Source of the DNA: Candidatus Aminicenantes bacterium
Lineage (GTDB): Bacteria > Acidobacteriota > Aminicenantia > Aminicenantales > JAFGBC01
Assembly: GCA_963702005.1 (NCBI GenBank)
Contig: OY969696.1
Location: 1,184,001 to 1,248,000, forward strand
DNA length: 64,000 nucleotides
Reading direction: 5' to 3'
How positions within the stretch are numbered: the stretch's first letter is position 1; each line of letters opens with the position of its first letter. The notes beneath the pieces were generated by a model. The model was not told the DNA's origin and made no database searches. It worked only from the letters and a program-made list of their open reading frames with translations. This document shows positions 10,417 to 19,874 of the stretch, in pieces. The position numbers and the translations under genes were made by a program.

Positions 10417-11217
10417 ATGATCCGGCGCATACAGCTTGTTCTCGCTTTATTTGTTCTGTCCCTTCTTTCCGGAGTCGTGATTCCGAACGAAGGGCTGATC
10501 GGAAAAGCATCTGCCGCTCAACAGGTTCCGGTCAATCAGCTGACGGCCGAGGAGAGAGCGCAGGGTTGGATTCTTCTCTTCGACGGCGCGACGTTCGACG
10601 GCTGGCGGGGATTGGGCCGGGCGGAAGTCCCGGCCAAGCATTGGGTCATCGAGGACGGGGCGATCAAGAAGGTCCCCAGCGGCGACGTTCCCCTTCAGCC
10701 TGACGGACAGCCGCTCGAGGGCGGCGACCTGATGACCGTGGAGACATTCCGGGATTTCGAGCTCGTCTTCGACTGGAAGATCAGCCCGGGCGGGAACAGC
10801 GGCGTCAAATACAACGTCTCGGAGGAGATGTCCACGGCTAAGCCGCCCCGTTATGCGGCGCTGGGTTTCGAGTACCAGATCCTGGACGACGACCTCCATC
10901 CGGACGCCAAGAACGGGCCGAACCGGACCGCGGCCGCCCTCTACGACCTCGTCGCGCCGGAGGGTAAGAAATTAAACCCCGTGGGCGAATTTAGCCGGGC
11001 TAAAATCATTTTCAAGGGTAACCATGGAGAGCACTGGCTGAACGGCGTCCGCGTCCTATCCTACGACCTGGGAACGGCGCGGATGAATGATCTCCTGGCC
11101 CGGAGCAAATATAAGGATATTCCGGATTTTGCCGATAAGCGATCAGGCCATATCGTCCTCCAGGATCACACCGACGCAGTCTGGTTCAGGAACATCAAGA
11201 TCCGCCGGCTGAACTGA
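10417..11217 (+). CDS. DUF1080 (3-keto-disaccharide hydrolase family) secreted protein
   Basis: AAGGAGG RBS before MIRRIQL; 'LLFDG..FDGWR', 'GGNSGVKY', 'EYQILDD' and 'LQDH...VWFRNIKIR' motifs. Confidence 0.92.
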   Translation: MIRRIQLVLALFVLSLLSGVVIPNEGLIGKASAAQQVPVNQLTAEERAQGWILLFDGATFDGWRGLGRAEVPAKHWVIEDGAIKKVPSGDVPLQPDGQPLEGGDLMTVETFRDFELVFDWKISPGGNSGVKYNVSEEMSTAKPPRYAALGFEYQILDDDLHPDAKNGPNRTAAALYDLVAPEGKKLNPVGEFSRAKIIFKGNHGEHWLNGVRVLSYDLGTARMNDLLARSKYKDIPDFADKRSGHIVLQDHTDAVWFRNIKIRRLN

Positions 11218-11225
11218 TAGAGGAA

Positions 11226-11291
11226 TAATTCTGGGGACACATCACTTAATTCCCGACGAATAACGAATTAAGTGATGTGTCCCCAGAATTA
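11226..11291. repeat. Palindromic REP-like element, family A copy 2 (possible bidirectional terminator)
   Basis: Perfect 27-bp arms TAATTCTGGGGACACATCACTTAATTC / GAATTAAGTGATGTGTCCCCAGAATTA between convergent genes. Confidence 0.88.
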
Positions 11292-11298
11292 GCTTTGC

Positions 11299-14200
11299 TT
11301 AAAGCCGGGCAAGGCGTTTGGCGGCATCCTCCAGCTCGGGAATCCCAGCGTCGGCGTCTTTCCAATAGCCGAGAAATTTCGCGTATTCTTTTTTCGCCTC
11401 TGGCCTCAAACCTTTTTGCTCATACAATTTTGCCAGACGATAATGATAGACGGGATTGTGCATACGGCGGTCTTGGCTCGCCGGGTCGAAAGTGAGAAGC
11501 TTCTTATATTCCTCGATCGCTTTATCCAAGTTCCCCAGCTTCTGAAAGGCCCGGGCCAAGACGTCCTGGTCCAGCGGAAAGTTATACAAAGCGTATGCCC
11601 GAGCATAGGATCCTGCGTAGTGAACGGGGATATGCAAACGGAACTCCTTTTCTATGTTGGATACTGCCTCCGCCGCTCTCCCTTCAGAAAGCCAGACTTC
11701 CGCCTGAAGAATTTTGTAGTTCTTCTCCAATTGCGCAGCCACTTCCCCCGTATCCTTGGGCAATTCGGAAAATAGCCGGCGGATGTGGTCGAGCCTTTGC
11801 TTGGCCGCTTCGATCCGGCCTTGCTTCCATTCTAAAAGCCCCAGCCAAAGCTCATTTTCGATGGAGTTTGTTCGGTCGGGCAGGGGCATGGCTTCTCTGG
11901 CATCCTTCTGATATTCAGAAAACAGCCTGAGGGCCGCATCAAACTCACCCCGATCATAATAAAAAAAGGCCTGGACGAGCTTGGCCACGGCGGTCCCGGT
12001 TATATCTCCGATCGATTGGCAGGCTGCCCGGACTCGTTCCATTTCCACTCTGGACTGCTCTCGTTTACCCAGGATATAGTTGAAAACCGCTTTCCACCAA
12101 TAGCCGAGGCTCTGCCATCTCTTGGACGGAGTCGCGAGAACGAATTGGTCCAGCCAGCTCATCGCCTCGGTATAATCCCCCTTGACGGCACAGATATAGG
12201 CGATGATATCTTCCGACCCGAAATCCGGCTTGATCCGCACCGCTTCTCTGTAGAGTGCCACCGCCTCATCGAGCCGGCCGGCGCGGAAATAAAACTCAGC
12301 CAAGGAATCTAAAGGGTTGGCGTCTCCCGGGGCGACGGAAACAGCCTTTTTCAGGTATTCTTCCGCTTTGACAAGATCCCCCGTCGCGCTATACAAATAG
12401 CCAAGTGAATTCAGGATGACCACCCACTCGGGGTCCAGATCCAGAGCTTTGCCCGCTTCTGCGATCGCTTCCGGATACATCTTTTTCTGAAGGTAAATCG
12501 TTACGAGTGAACTATAGGCTTCCTTTTCCTTGGGATATTTAGCGGCGATTTCCCGGAAGATGTTCAATTGTTTATCGGGATCTTGCTCAATCCTCCTGGC
12601 ATAAGCGGCCTCGATGTACAATCGTTCCTTTTCCGTCGCTTTTCCGGAATAAGCCTTGGCTTTCTTCAGAGTTACGGCTGCCAGATCGGAATTAGACAAG
12701 TACCGATAGGTTCGAAATAGATAGAGATAGGCGCTGGCAAATTGGGGGTCGAGTTCTACGGCCTTTTCCAGGTTTTTGCGGGCATCCTCGAAGTAAAACC
12801 TGTCCAGACACTCCTTCCCCATGAGGAAATATCTATAGGCTTCCAGGGACGAAGTCTGGAACTCGGAAATCTGAACCTGCGCCTCTTCAACCGTTTTTTG
12901 GGATAGGCCGACTCCCCGGGAGATCTCCCGGCTCAGCTGCCCGATCTGATTATCCAGAATGCTCTGCGCTCCCTCCCCTTTGGCGGTGGCGCTTTTAAGC
13001 AATTTCCTGGTTTTGACGTCAAACACCTTGACGTCCGTGGCAAACGTCTCGCCCGCCCTGACATAGCTACCCAGCACGAGAGCATCGACATTATCCTTTT
13101 TGCACAGCTCAAAACCGAGCTCACTGTCGATAACGCCGGCCTGTTCCTTCCCCATCTGCCTGAGGAGGTCGCGCAGCCGTTCGAATGTCGTGACGTGGAG
13201 ATATTTCGATTGCTCCAGGCTGGTGATCAAAAGGTTGGGAATAGCGGCCTGGAGATAATCGAAGGCCTGGTCTCCCGTTTGATTTTGAAAAGTGACGACC
13301 GCGACGGATCTCTCCACGAATTTCGTTTTGAAAACAACGCGCCAGAGCACGAGCCCGAGGACGACGGCCGCGGCGATCGCCACAACGGGGATCAGCAGCT
13401 TTTTCAGCCCGAATGTTACCGTGATCTCTTTGGAGGTCGGGGATTTTCTCTTGGGCTTTTCTCTTTCGGTCGAGGGAAATTCTTTCTCGATGGCCTCGAT
13501 CTCCGCGCACAGCTCATCGGCCGTCTGGAACCTTTTTTCTTTGTCTTTTTCCAGGCATTTGAGGATCAGCCGGCTGAGCGCCGCGGGGAGCTGCGGATTC
13601 CATTCTTTCGGGTCCTTGGGTTTCTCGCCCTTGTGCTTCATGGCGACGCTGAGCGGCGTCTCTCCTTCGAATGGAACGCGGCCGGCGACCATTTCGTAGA
13701 GGATGACTCCCAGCGAATAGATGTCCGACCGACCGTCCACGTCCTTCGCTTCCGCCTGCTCGGGGGACATGTAATCGGGCGTGCCGATGATGAAGCCCGT
13801 CCCGGTGATGGACTTCGTTTTGAGCGAGCGGGCGATCCCGAAGTCCATGATCTTGGCGTTTCCCTCGCGGTCGATCATGATGTTGCCGGGCTTGAGGTCG
13901 CGGTGGACGACGCCCAGCCGGTGGGCCTCGGCCAAGCCCCCCGCCATTTGCCCGGCGATGGAAAGCGCTTTGGCCGGCGGAAGCGGGCCGATCCTCTTGA
14001 TCAGGCTTTTTAAATCCTCGCCCGCGACATATTCCATGGTGATGAAGTGGGCGCCGCCGGACTCGCCCAGGTCATGCATGCGGCAGATGTTGCGGTGCGA
14101 GATCTTGCGGGCGATTTTGAGCTCCTGCCCGAATCGTTCGATGATCTTTCGATCCGAGGAGATCTGCGGATTGATGAGCTTGAGCGCGACTTCCTCGTTG

Positions 14201-14436
14201 ATTTTCTTGTCTTCAGCCCGATAGACGGCGCCCATGCCGCCCCGGCCCAGCTCTTCAATGATCTCGTACCGGCCGGCGAAAATAGTCCCACGGCTAAGGT
14301 CCGGCTTGGACAGGCCGAGCGGTTCCGTCGTGGAAATCGAGAATTCCGGAGAGAAGGGAAGCGGCGTCCCGCACTTGCCGCAGAAATTCGTGGCGGCGGG
14401 ATTCTCAAAACGGCACTTCGGGCAAGGGGCGGTCAA
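11299..14436 (-). CDS. Membrane Ser/Thr protein kinase: zinc ribbon, kinase, TM, TolB-N-like domain and TPRs
   Basis: Likely TTG start after AAGGA; CPKC..FCGKC; GRGGMG, VALK, HRDLKPGN, DFG, GTPDYMSPEQ; TM at 'LLIPVVAIAAAVVLGLVLW'; many TPRs. Confidence 0.93.
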   Translation of the reverse strand: MTAPCPKCRFENPAATNFCGKCGTPLPFSPEFSISTTEPLGLSKPDLSRGTIFAGRYEIIEELGRGGMGAVYRAEDKKINEEVALKLINPQISSDRKIIERFGQELKIARKISHRNICRMHDLGESGGAHFITMEYVAGEDLKSLIKRIGPLPPAKALSIAGQMAGGLAEAHRLGVVHRDLKPGNIMIDREGNAKIMDFGIARSLKTKSITGTGFIIGTPDYMSPEQAEAKDVDGRSDIYSLGVILYEMVAGRVPFEGETPLSVAMKHKGEKPKDPKEWNPQLPAALSRLILKCLEKDKEKRFQTADELCAEIEAIEKEFPSTEREKPKRKSPTSKEITVTFGLKKLLIPVVAIAAAVVLGLVLWRVVFKTKFVERSVAVVTFQNQTGDQAFDYLQAAIPNLLITSLEQSKYLHVTTFERLRDLLRQMGKEQAGVIDSELGFELCKKDNVDALVLGSYVRAGETFATDVKVFDVKTRKLLKSATAKGEGAQSILDNQIGQLSREISRGVGLSQKTVEEAQVQISEFQTSSLEAYRYFLMGKECLDRFYFEDARKNLEKAVELDPQFASAYLYLFRTYRYLSNSDLAAVTLKKAKAYSGKATEKERLYIEAAYARRIEQDPDKQLNIFREIAAKYPKEKEAYSSLVTIYLQKKMYPEAIAEAGKALDLDPEWVVILNSLGYLYSATGDLVKAEEYLKKAVSVAPGDANPLDSLAEFYFRAGRLDEAVALYREAVRIKPDFGSEDIIAYICAVKGDYTEAMSWLDQFVLATPSKRWQSLGYWWKAVFNYILGKREQSRVEMERVRAACQSIGDITGTAVAKLVQAFFYYDRGEFDAALRLFSEYQKDAREAMPLPDRTNSIENELWLGLLEWKQGRIEAAKQRLDHIRRLFSELPKDTGEVAAQLEKNYKILQAEVWLSEGRAAEAVSNIEKEFRLHIPVHYAGSYARAYALYNFPLDQDVLARAFQKLGNLDKAIEEYKKLLTFDPASQDRRMHNPVYHYRLAKLYEQKGLRPEAKKEYAKFLGYWKDADAGIPELEDAAKRLARL

Positions 14437-14592
14437 GCGTTTCCTTATTCCCTGACTTGGCCAGATGATAACAAGCGAATCGCCGACAGTCAAATCCTTC
14501 CGGAATATCCCGGATATGCCCCGCCGGCCGAAAGTTCGAACAAGACGTCAACCGGGCGACGATTCAGAAGCCGTCGGATTCGTCGCCGGCTC

Positions 14593-16662
14593 TCAGTCGT
14601 CCCCCCGGGAGAACTTGACGACGAAGGCATCGGCGTCCCCGGCCAGCGCCTTCTGATAGGGTCCGAGCGTCGGGAAGTCGAGGCTGTTCGTCATGCCGCA
14701 GAGATATACGGCCCCGCTCGTATCCAAGGCGATTTCTAAAACGCTGTCCCTGTAGGAGCCGCCCAGGTAGGTCGAAGACAGGAGCTTGAGGCCGCCCGGG
14801 TCCACGATCGTCAGAAAACCGTCATAGCTCCCTCTCCGGGCGGCCTGATAGGGCGATTTGACCGGAAAATTGGCGCTTCCCGTGCCCCCGACGACATGAG
14901 CTGCGCCGTCTCCGTCCACGGCGACCGCACTAGCAAAATCCGATCCAGCGCCGCCCAGGTAGCTTGAATAGGCGATGGCTTTTCCGTTCGGCTCGATTTT
15001 CGCGACGAAGGCGTCGGATCCGCCCTTTCGCGTTTTCTGGAACGCGTTCTTGAGCGGAAAGCTCCCCTGGGTGAAGCCGACGAGATAGACGGCTCCGCCG
15101 GCATCCATGCCCATATTATAAATCCCATCGTAGCCCGGGCCCCCGAGGTAAGAGGAATAAACGAGGCTGTCTCCCGTCGGGGAAAACTTCGTGACGAATC
15201 CGTCCCAGTTCCCGGCGTAGGATTTCTGAAAGGCGGACTTGACCGGGAAAACGGAGCTCGTCGTATTCCCCGCGATCGTGGCTGAGCCGTCGGCCTCGAC
15301 GGCCAGGCCTTGGCATATTTCGTCCCCGGTTGTCCCCAGACACGTGGAGTAGACAAGGCTCGTCCCCGCGGGCGCGACTTTGGCGAGGAAGGCGTCCCTA
15401 CGTATGCCTCCGTGGGGCTTTTGGAAGGCGTTCTTGGTCGGGAAGTCCGGGCTGGTCGTGGAGCCGGCAAGATAAGCGGCGCCGCTCGCGTCCGCGAAGA
15501 CCGCCGCGCATTCTTCCGATTTCGTTCCGCCGATGTAGGACGAATAGACCAGGCTTTTACCGCTCCGGGCCAGCTTCAGGATGAATCCGTCAACGCCCCC
15601 GCCCCCGGCCTTGGCCTGGAAAGCGTTCTTGACGGGGAATTTGGAGGACTTCGTAGCGCCGGCGAGATACACGAAGCCTTTGGCGTCCACCGCTATCCCC
15701 ATGATTTCGTGGCTGTATCCGGACGGGAAGAACGCGGAGTAAATAAGGCTTTTTCCGTCCGGGGACAATTTAGTGATAAAGACGTCGCTTCGAGGGAGCG
15801 TTTGGGTGACCGGCGGGAAGTCGCTGCTGTGCGTCTCGCCGCAGATATAAATTGCGCCGGTCGGGTCCACGACGAGGTTCAGAGCAAAGTCCTCGTTATA
15901 CCCGCCCAGATAGGTCGAATAGGCGAGGACAAGAGGATCGATGACGAGCTCGTGGCGCCGGTCGAAAGCTTCCACCGTGAAACCGAACGCCCCGTCTCCC
16001 GTCTTGCAAAACGCGGCCTCAACATCCACCCTGCGGTCCGCGATCATTTGATGGGCCCGCGGTTTGCGGTGGAGAATCCGGCCCGCGGGAGTTTCGACCG
16101 CCAGGCTCCCTTCTCCGTTCAGGCGCCCTTTATCCTTTCCGGAAAATGCGAACTGGATTTGCTCCGGCCTGGCGCCGGGGCTGACGATCCAATCGTATTC
16201 GATTTGACCCGCGGTGCTGTAAACCTTGAGATCGATGCCGTTATAGAGGTTCTTATAGAGAACGACCCTGGAGGTCGGGATATCCGTCTTCCACTCGGAC
16301 TCGTCCCGGCCGTAGAAATAGCTCACCCGATAGGCGGACGGGTCCGAGGCCATGACTTCGAAATTCTTATTGACGTTCTTAAAGGCAAGTCCGGTAACGG
16401 ACCGGCTCGTCCCGCCATTTTTTTCTTTCTCGATCCGGTCGAAGATCAAGCCCTCCCGGGTCAGCCATATTGTATAGCTGGGCGTATGGGCGTAAAAGAG
16501 CGCCGCCGCGTCCGTCTGGCCGCCGTTGGCTATGAAGTAGAGCGGAGCGGCGCCGCCGGCCCCGGCCGGCTTCAAGGCCGGGCCGGACCCCGTTCCGGAT
16601 CGGGCCGCGAAGAGCGCGGCGCAGGCGACGTAAAAACAGAAAACGATCCCTTTGATTTTCAT
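14593..16662 (-). CDS. Secreted SBBP-repeat beta-propeller protein
   Basis: Signal peptide; 'FIANGGQ' and 'LYNGIDL' N-domain; 'LVIDP'; about 7 repeats of 'YSTYLGG...D....IAVD..GA.Y..G.T.S.DFP'. Confidence 0.9.
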   Translation of the reverse strand: MKIKGIVFCFYVACAALFAARSGTGSGPALKPAGAGGAAPLYFIANGGQTDAAALFYAHTPSYTIWLTREGLIFDRIEKEKNGGTSRSVTGLAFKNVNKNFEVMASDPSAYRVSYFYGRDESEWKTDIPTSRVVLYKNLYNGIDLKVYSTAGQIEYDWIVSPGARPEQIQFAFSGKDKGRLNGEGSLAVETPAGRILHRKPRAHQMIADRRVDVEAAFCKTGDGAFGFTVEAFDRRHELVIDPLVLAYSTYLGGYNEDFALNLVVDPTGAIYICGETHSSDFPPVTQTLPRSDVFITKLSPDGKSLIYSAFFPSGYSHEIMGIAVDAKGFVYLAGATKSSKFPVKNAFQAKAGGGGVDGFILKLARSGKSLVYSSYIGGTKSEECAAVFADASGAAYLAGSTTSPDFPTKNAFQKPHGGIRRDAFLAKVAPAGTSLVYSTCLGTTGDEICQGLAVEADGSATIAGNTTSSVFPVKSAFQKSYAGNWDGFVTKFSPTGDSLVYSSYLGGPGYDGIYNMGMDAGGAVYLVGFTQGSFPLKNAFQKTRKGGSDAFVAKIEPNGKAIAYSSYLGGAGSDFASAVAVDGDGAAHVVGGTGSANFPVKSPYQAARRGSYDGFLTIVDPGGLKLLSSTYLGGSYRDSVLEIALDTSGAVYLCGMTNSLDFPTLGPYQKALAGDADAFVVKFSRGDD

Positions 16663-16799
16663 TTTCCCCTCCTCGGTAGGGGCTTCAGTTTAATCCCGGC
16701 TGCATTTCAAGTCAAGGAGCGCTGTCTTCCCAAATCCGTAAAAAGCGCTTATAGTATCCCTCCGTACAGAGAGACGGTCACTAATCCCGGGAGTTACCG

Positions 16800-19088
16800 A
16801 TGAAAAGAACAGAACATGGGCGGTTGGGTATCGTTGGAGTTTTTCTTGTTGTTGCGCTTGGTTGTTGGGGAGCTCGAGCACAAGTTCAAAAGGCTCCCAC
16901 AGCTGTTCCGGATGCATCCAAGCTTACGATCGAAAGGATCTTCCAGGGTCGCGAATTCGCGCCCGAGCGGTTCGGGCCGGCCCGCTGGATGAAGGACGGC
17001 CGCTCTTATTCGACCCTTGAACCGTCGAAGTCTGTCAAGGACGGGGATGACATTGTCCTTTACAGCGCGGCGGATGGACAGCGGAGCATCTTTGTCCCGG
17101 CCGAGCGGCTCATCCCTCCCGGGGCCGATAAGCCGCTTTCGATCGAGGATTACGCTTGGTCCGAGGACGGCCGCCTTCTCCTCGTCTTCACGAATTCCAA
17201 GCGGGTCTGGCGGCGGAACACGCGCGGCGACTATTGGGTCCTTGAACTCGCTTCCGGGGCGCTCCGCAAGCTGGGCAAGGGCTTCGAGCCTTCGTCCCTC
17301 ATGTTCGCCAAGCTTTCTCCGGACGGACTCAAGGCCGCCTATGTCCGGGCCAACGATATTTTTGTCGAGACCTTGGCCGACGGCGCGATCGTTCAGATCA
17401 CCAAGGACGGCTCCGACACCGTCATCAACGGCACTTCGGATTGGGTCTACGAGGAAGAATTTAACCTCCGGGACGGATTCCGCTGGTCGCCGGACGGGCG
17501 CTTCATCGCCTTCTGGCGGTTCGACACCTCGGGCGTCCCGGTTTTCTCGATGATCAACAACACCGACGAGCTCTACCCGCGCGTCATCTCCTTCCGGCAT
17601 CCCAAGCCGGGAGAGCCCAACGCCGCCGTCCGCATCGGCGTCGCCGGCGCCGCGGGCGGCGAGATCGTCTGGATGAAGGCGGTCGGCGATCCGCAGTCAT
17701 CTTATATCCCGGTCATGGAATGGGCGCCGGACGGCCGGTCAGTCGTCTTTCAGTATCTCAACCGTCTCCAGAATGAGGATCGGTTCATGACCGGCGACAT
17801 CAAGACGGGCGAGGTCCGGACGTTCTTCACCGACCGGGACGACGCCTGGGTCGATATCGGGGACGACTTCCGCTGGGCCGGCAAGGGGAGGGGCTTCGTC
17901 TGGCTGAGCGAGCGGGACGGCTGGCGCCATGCCTACCTCGTGCCGCTCGACGGAAAGGAGCCGCGGCTCGTGACGCCCGGCGACTACGACGTCATCGGAC
18001 TGGATGCCGTTGACGAGAAAGGCGGCTGGGTCTATTTCTCAGCTTCGCCCCAAAACGCGACGCAACGATACTTATTCAGGACGCGGCTCGACGGTAAAGG
18101 ACGGCTGGAGCGCGTCAGCCCGGCGACCGAGTCCGGCTCACACGGCTACGACATCAGCCCTTCCGCCGAGTGGGCTTTCCATACCTATTCCCGCTTCGGC
18201 TTTCCGCCCAGGACGGAGCTCGTCAGCCTGCGCGGCCGCACGCCGGTCAGGGTCCTGGTGGCCAACGCCGGCCTGGCGGCTAAGGTCGGCGCCCTCGAGC
18301 GGGGGAGGGCCGAGTTCGTCCGAGTCGGGATCGGCGACGGCGTCGAGCTCGACGGCTGGCGAATCCTGCCGCCCGGATTCGATCCCGCCAAAAAATATCC
18401 GCTCTTGATCCACGTCTACGGCGAGCCGGCCGGCCAGACCGTTCTCGACCGCTGGGGAGGTTCGGGCTACCTCTGGCACCTCCTGCTCAGCCAGCGGGGA
18501 TATATCGTGGCCTCTTTCGACAACCGCGGGACGCCGGCGCCGCGGGGACGGGCCTGGCGCAAGTCCATCTATCGCCAGGTCGGGATCCTGGCCTCGGCCG
18601 ACCAGGCTGCGGCCGTCCGGGCCGTCATCAAGGACTGGGCCTATGTGGACAAGGACCGGATCGGGGTCTGGGGCTGGAGCGGGGGCGGCACGATGACGCT
18701 CAATGCCCTGCTCCGCTACCCGGACCTCTACCGGACCGGGATCGCGGTCGCTTTCGTCTCTAACCAGCGCTACTACGACACCATCTACCAAGAGCGCTAC
18801 ATGGGGCTCCCCAAGGACAACGAGGCGGGCTACCGGGACGGCTCTCCGATCACCTTCGCCAAGAACCTGAAGGGACGCCTCCTCCTTATCCACGGCACGG
18901 GCGACGACAACGTCCATTATCAGAACTGCGAAGCCCTGGTCAACGAGTTCATCCGCTTCAACCGGACCTTTTCGATGATGGCCTACCCCAACCGCTCCCA
19001 CGGCATCTACGAGGGCGAGAACACGACGCTTCACCTCTACGGGATGATGCTGCGATTTTTGAATGAGAACCTTCCCCCCGGTCCGTAG
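16800..19088 (+). CDS. Dipeptidyl peptidase IV (S9B)
   Basis: Signal peptide; 'DWVYEEE' double-Glu motif, GWSGG nucleophile, 'HGTGDDNVH', 'YPNRSHGI'. Confidence 0.95.
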   Translation: MKRTEHGRLGIVGVFLVVALGCWGARAQVQKAPTAVPDASKLTIERIFQGREFAPERFGPARWMKDGRSYSTLEPSKSVKDGDDIVLYSAADGQRSIFVPAERLIPPGADKPLSIEDYAWSEDGRLLLVFTNSKRVWRRNTRGDYWVLELASGALRKLGKGFEPSSLMFAKLSPDGLKAAYVRANDIFVETLADGAIVQITKDGSDTVINGTSDWVYEEEFNLRDGFRWSPDGRFIAFWRFDTSGVPVFSMINNTDELYPRVISFRHPKPGEPNAAVRIGVAGAAGGEIVWMKAVGDPQSSYIPVMEWAPDGRSVVFQYLNRLQNEDRFMTGDIKTGEVRTFFTDRDDAWVDIGDDFRWAGKGRGFVWLSERDGWRHAYLVPLDGKEPRLVTPGDYDVIGLDAVDEKGGWVYFSASPQNATQRYLFRTRLDGKGRLERVSPATESGSHGYDISPSAEWAFHTYSRFGFPPRTELVSLRGRTPVRVLVANAGLAAKVGALERGRAEFVRVGIGDGVELDGWRILPPGFDPAKKYPLLIHVYGEPAGQTVLDRWGGSGYLWHLLLSQRGYIVASFDNRGTPAPRGRAWRKSIYRQVGILASADQAAAVRAVIKDWAYVDKDRIGVWGWSGGGTMTLNALLRYPDLYRTGIAVAFVSNQRYYDTIYQERYMGLPKDNEAGYRDGSPITFAKNLKGRLLLIHGTGDDNVHYQNCEALVNEFIRFNRTFSMMAYPNRSHGIYEGENTTLHLYGMMLRFLNENLPPGP
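18959..19018 (+). repeat. 60-bp direct repeat copy 1 (inside the 3' end of the DPP-IV gene)
   Basis: 56/60 identical to 28757-28816 by manual alignment. Confidence 0.9.
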
Positions 19089-19133
19089 CAAGTAGTTCCA
19101 TTTCATTTCCATTAATATGAAAGGAGTAGGGCG

Positions 19134-19529
19134 ATGAAATTGAACAAACGCATTCGAAAAGCTATCACGGGATTCGCGATTCTCATTTCTATGATAACCG
19201 GAGGATGTGCCATTGCGGACCGGTTGAGCGGCGTTTCAGATGCTAAAGCTTTGCAGGAAATCGGCGAATCTGCTGAAGCTACAATACTTAAAATTTGGGA
19301 CACGGGCATGACGGTAAATGACGACCCCGTCGTCGGCTTTCTGCTCGATGTACGGCCCTCCGGGAAGCCTGCCTATCAGGTGGAAACCAGGCTGCGAATT
19401 TCACGCGTCGACATCCCTCGTGTTCAACCCGGAACGGCCGTGGCCGTGAGGATCGATCCGAAGGATCCGAAACACGTCGCTCTTGACATCTATGACTATG
19501 GAGAACACAAAAAATCGCCCCATCTTTGA
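19134..19529 (+). CDS. Small lipoprotein (DUF3592-like OB/beta fold)
   Basis: AAGGAG RBS; lipobox-like ITGGC; 'ATILKIWDTGMTVNDDPVV...QPG..V.VRIDP.DP'. Confidence 0.75.
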   Translation: MKLNKRIRKAITGFAILISMITGGCAIADRLSGVSDAKALQEIGESAEATILKIWDTGMTVNDDPVVGFLLDVRPSGKPAYQVETRLRISRVDIPRVQPGTAVAVRIDPKDPKHVALDIYDYGEHKKSPHL

Positions 19530-19533
19530 TGCA

Positions 19534-19653
19534 ATGAAACGCGAATGAACCAACCACTTCAAGTTGACGTTCGTGGCGGAGAAGCCCCCGCCGTCCCGTG
19601 TTTTCGATCAGGTGGCCCTGATGGCGGCCGAGAAGAACATGGACTATTTTTGA
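19534..19653 (+). pseudogene. Short frame with an internal TGA (MKRE-TGA-TNHFKLTFVAEKPPPSRVFDQVALMAAEKNMDYF); possible 3' remnant of a small selenoprotein gene
   Basis: 34 sense codons with host-like GC-rich third positions follow the TGA at 19546-19548 and end at TGA 19651-19653; the family resemblance is from recall only. Confidence 0.3.
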
Positions 19654-19831
19654 TTATTTCGTGCTCACCGGGAGCGGGAGTCTATCGTCTTTCGGCCGGC
19701 CCGAAGGGATTTTGCGCGTCAACCGGCTCCTCCGTATCGCTTTTTGCCTGTCTTAACATCCCCGCGCGGCCGGCGATACTATTCTATCGTGATCAGAGGG
19801 GGAGATTCAGCGCCGAGGACGGGAATTCGCT

Positions 19832-19854
19832 ATGCTGCGGAAAAAGGAAATTCT
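19832..19854 (+). repeat. 23-bp direct repeat, left copy
   Basis: ATGCTGCGGAAAAAGGAAATTCT versus ATGCTGCGGAAAAAGGAATTTCT at 20888 (22/23). Confidence 0.9.
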
Positions 19855-19874
19855 AAGCGTTTCCTTGACGAATT

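Noticed and set aside
14593-15920. Repetitive DNA in the SBBP gene
   Set aside because: These are degenerate protein-level propeller repeats, not a nucleotide array.
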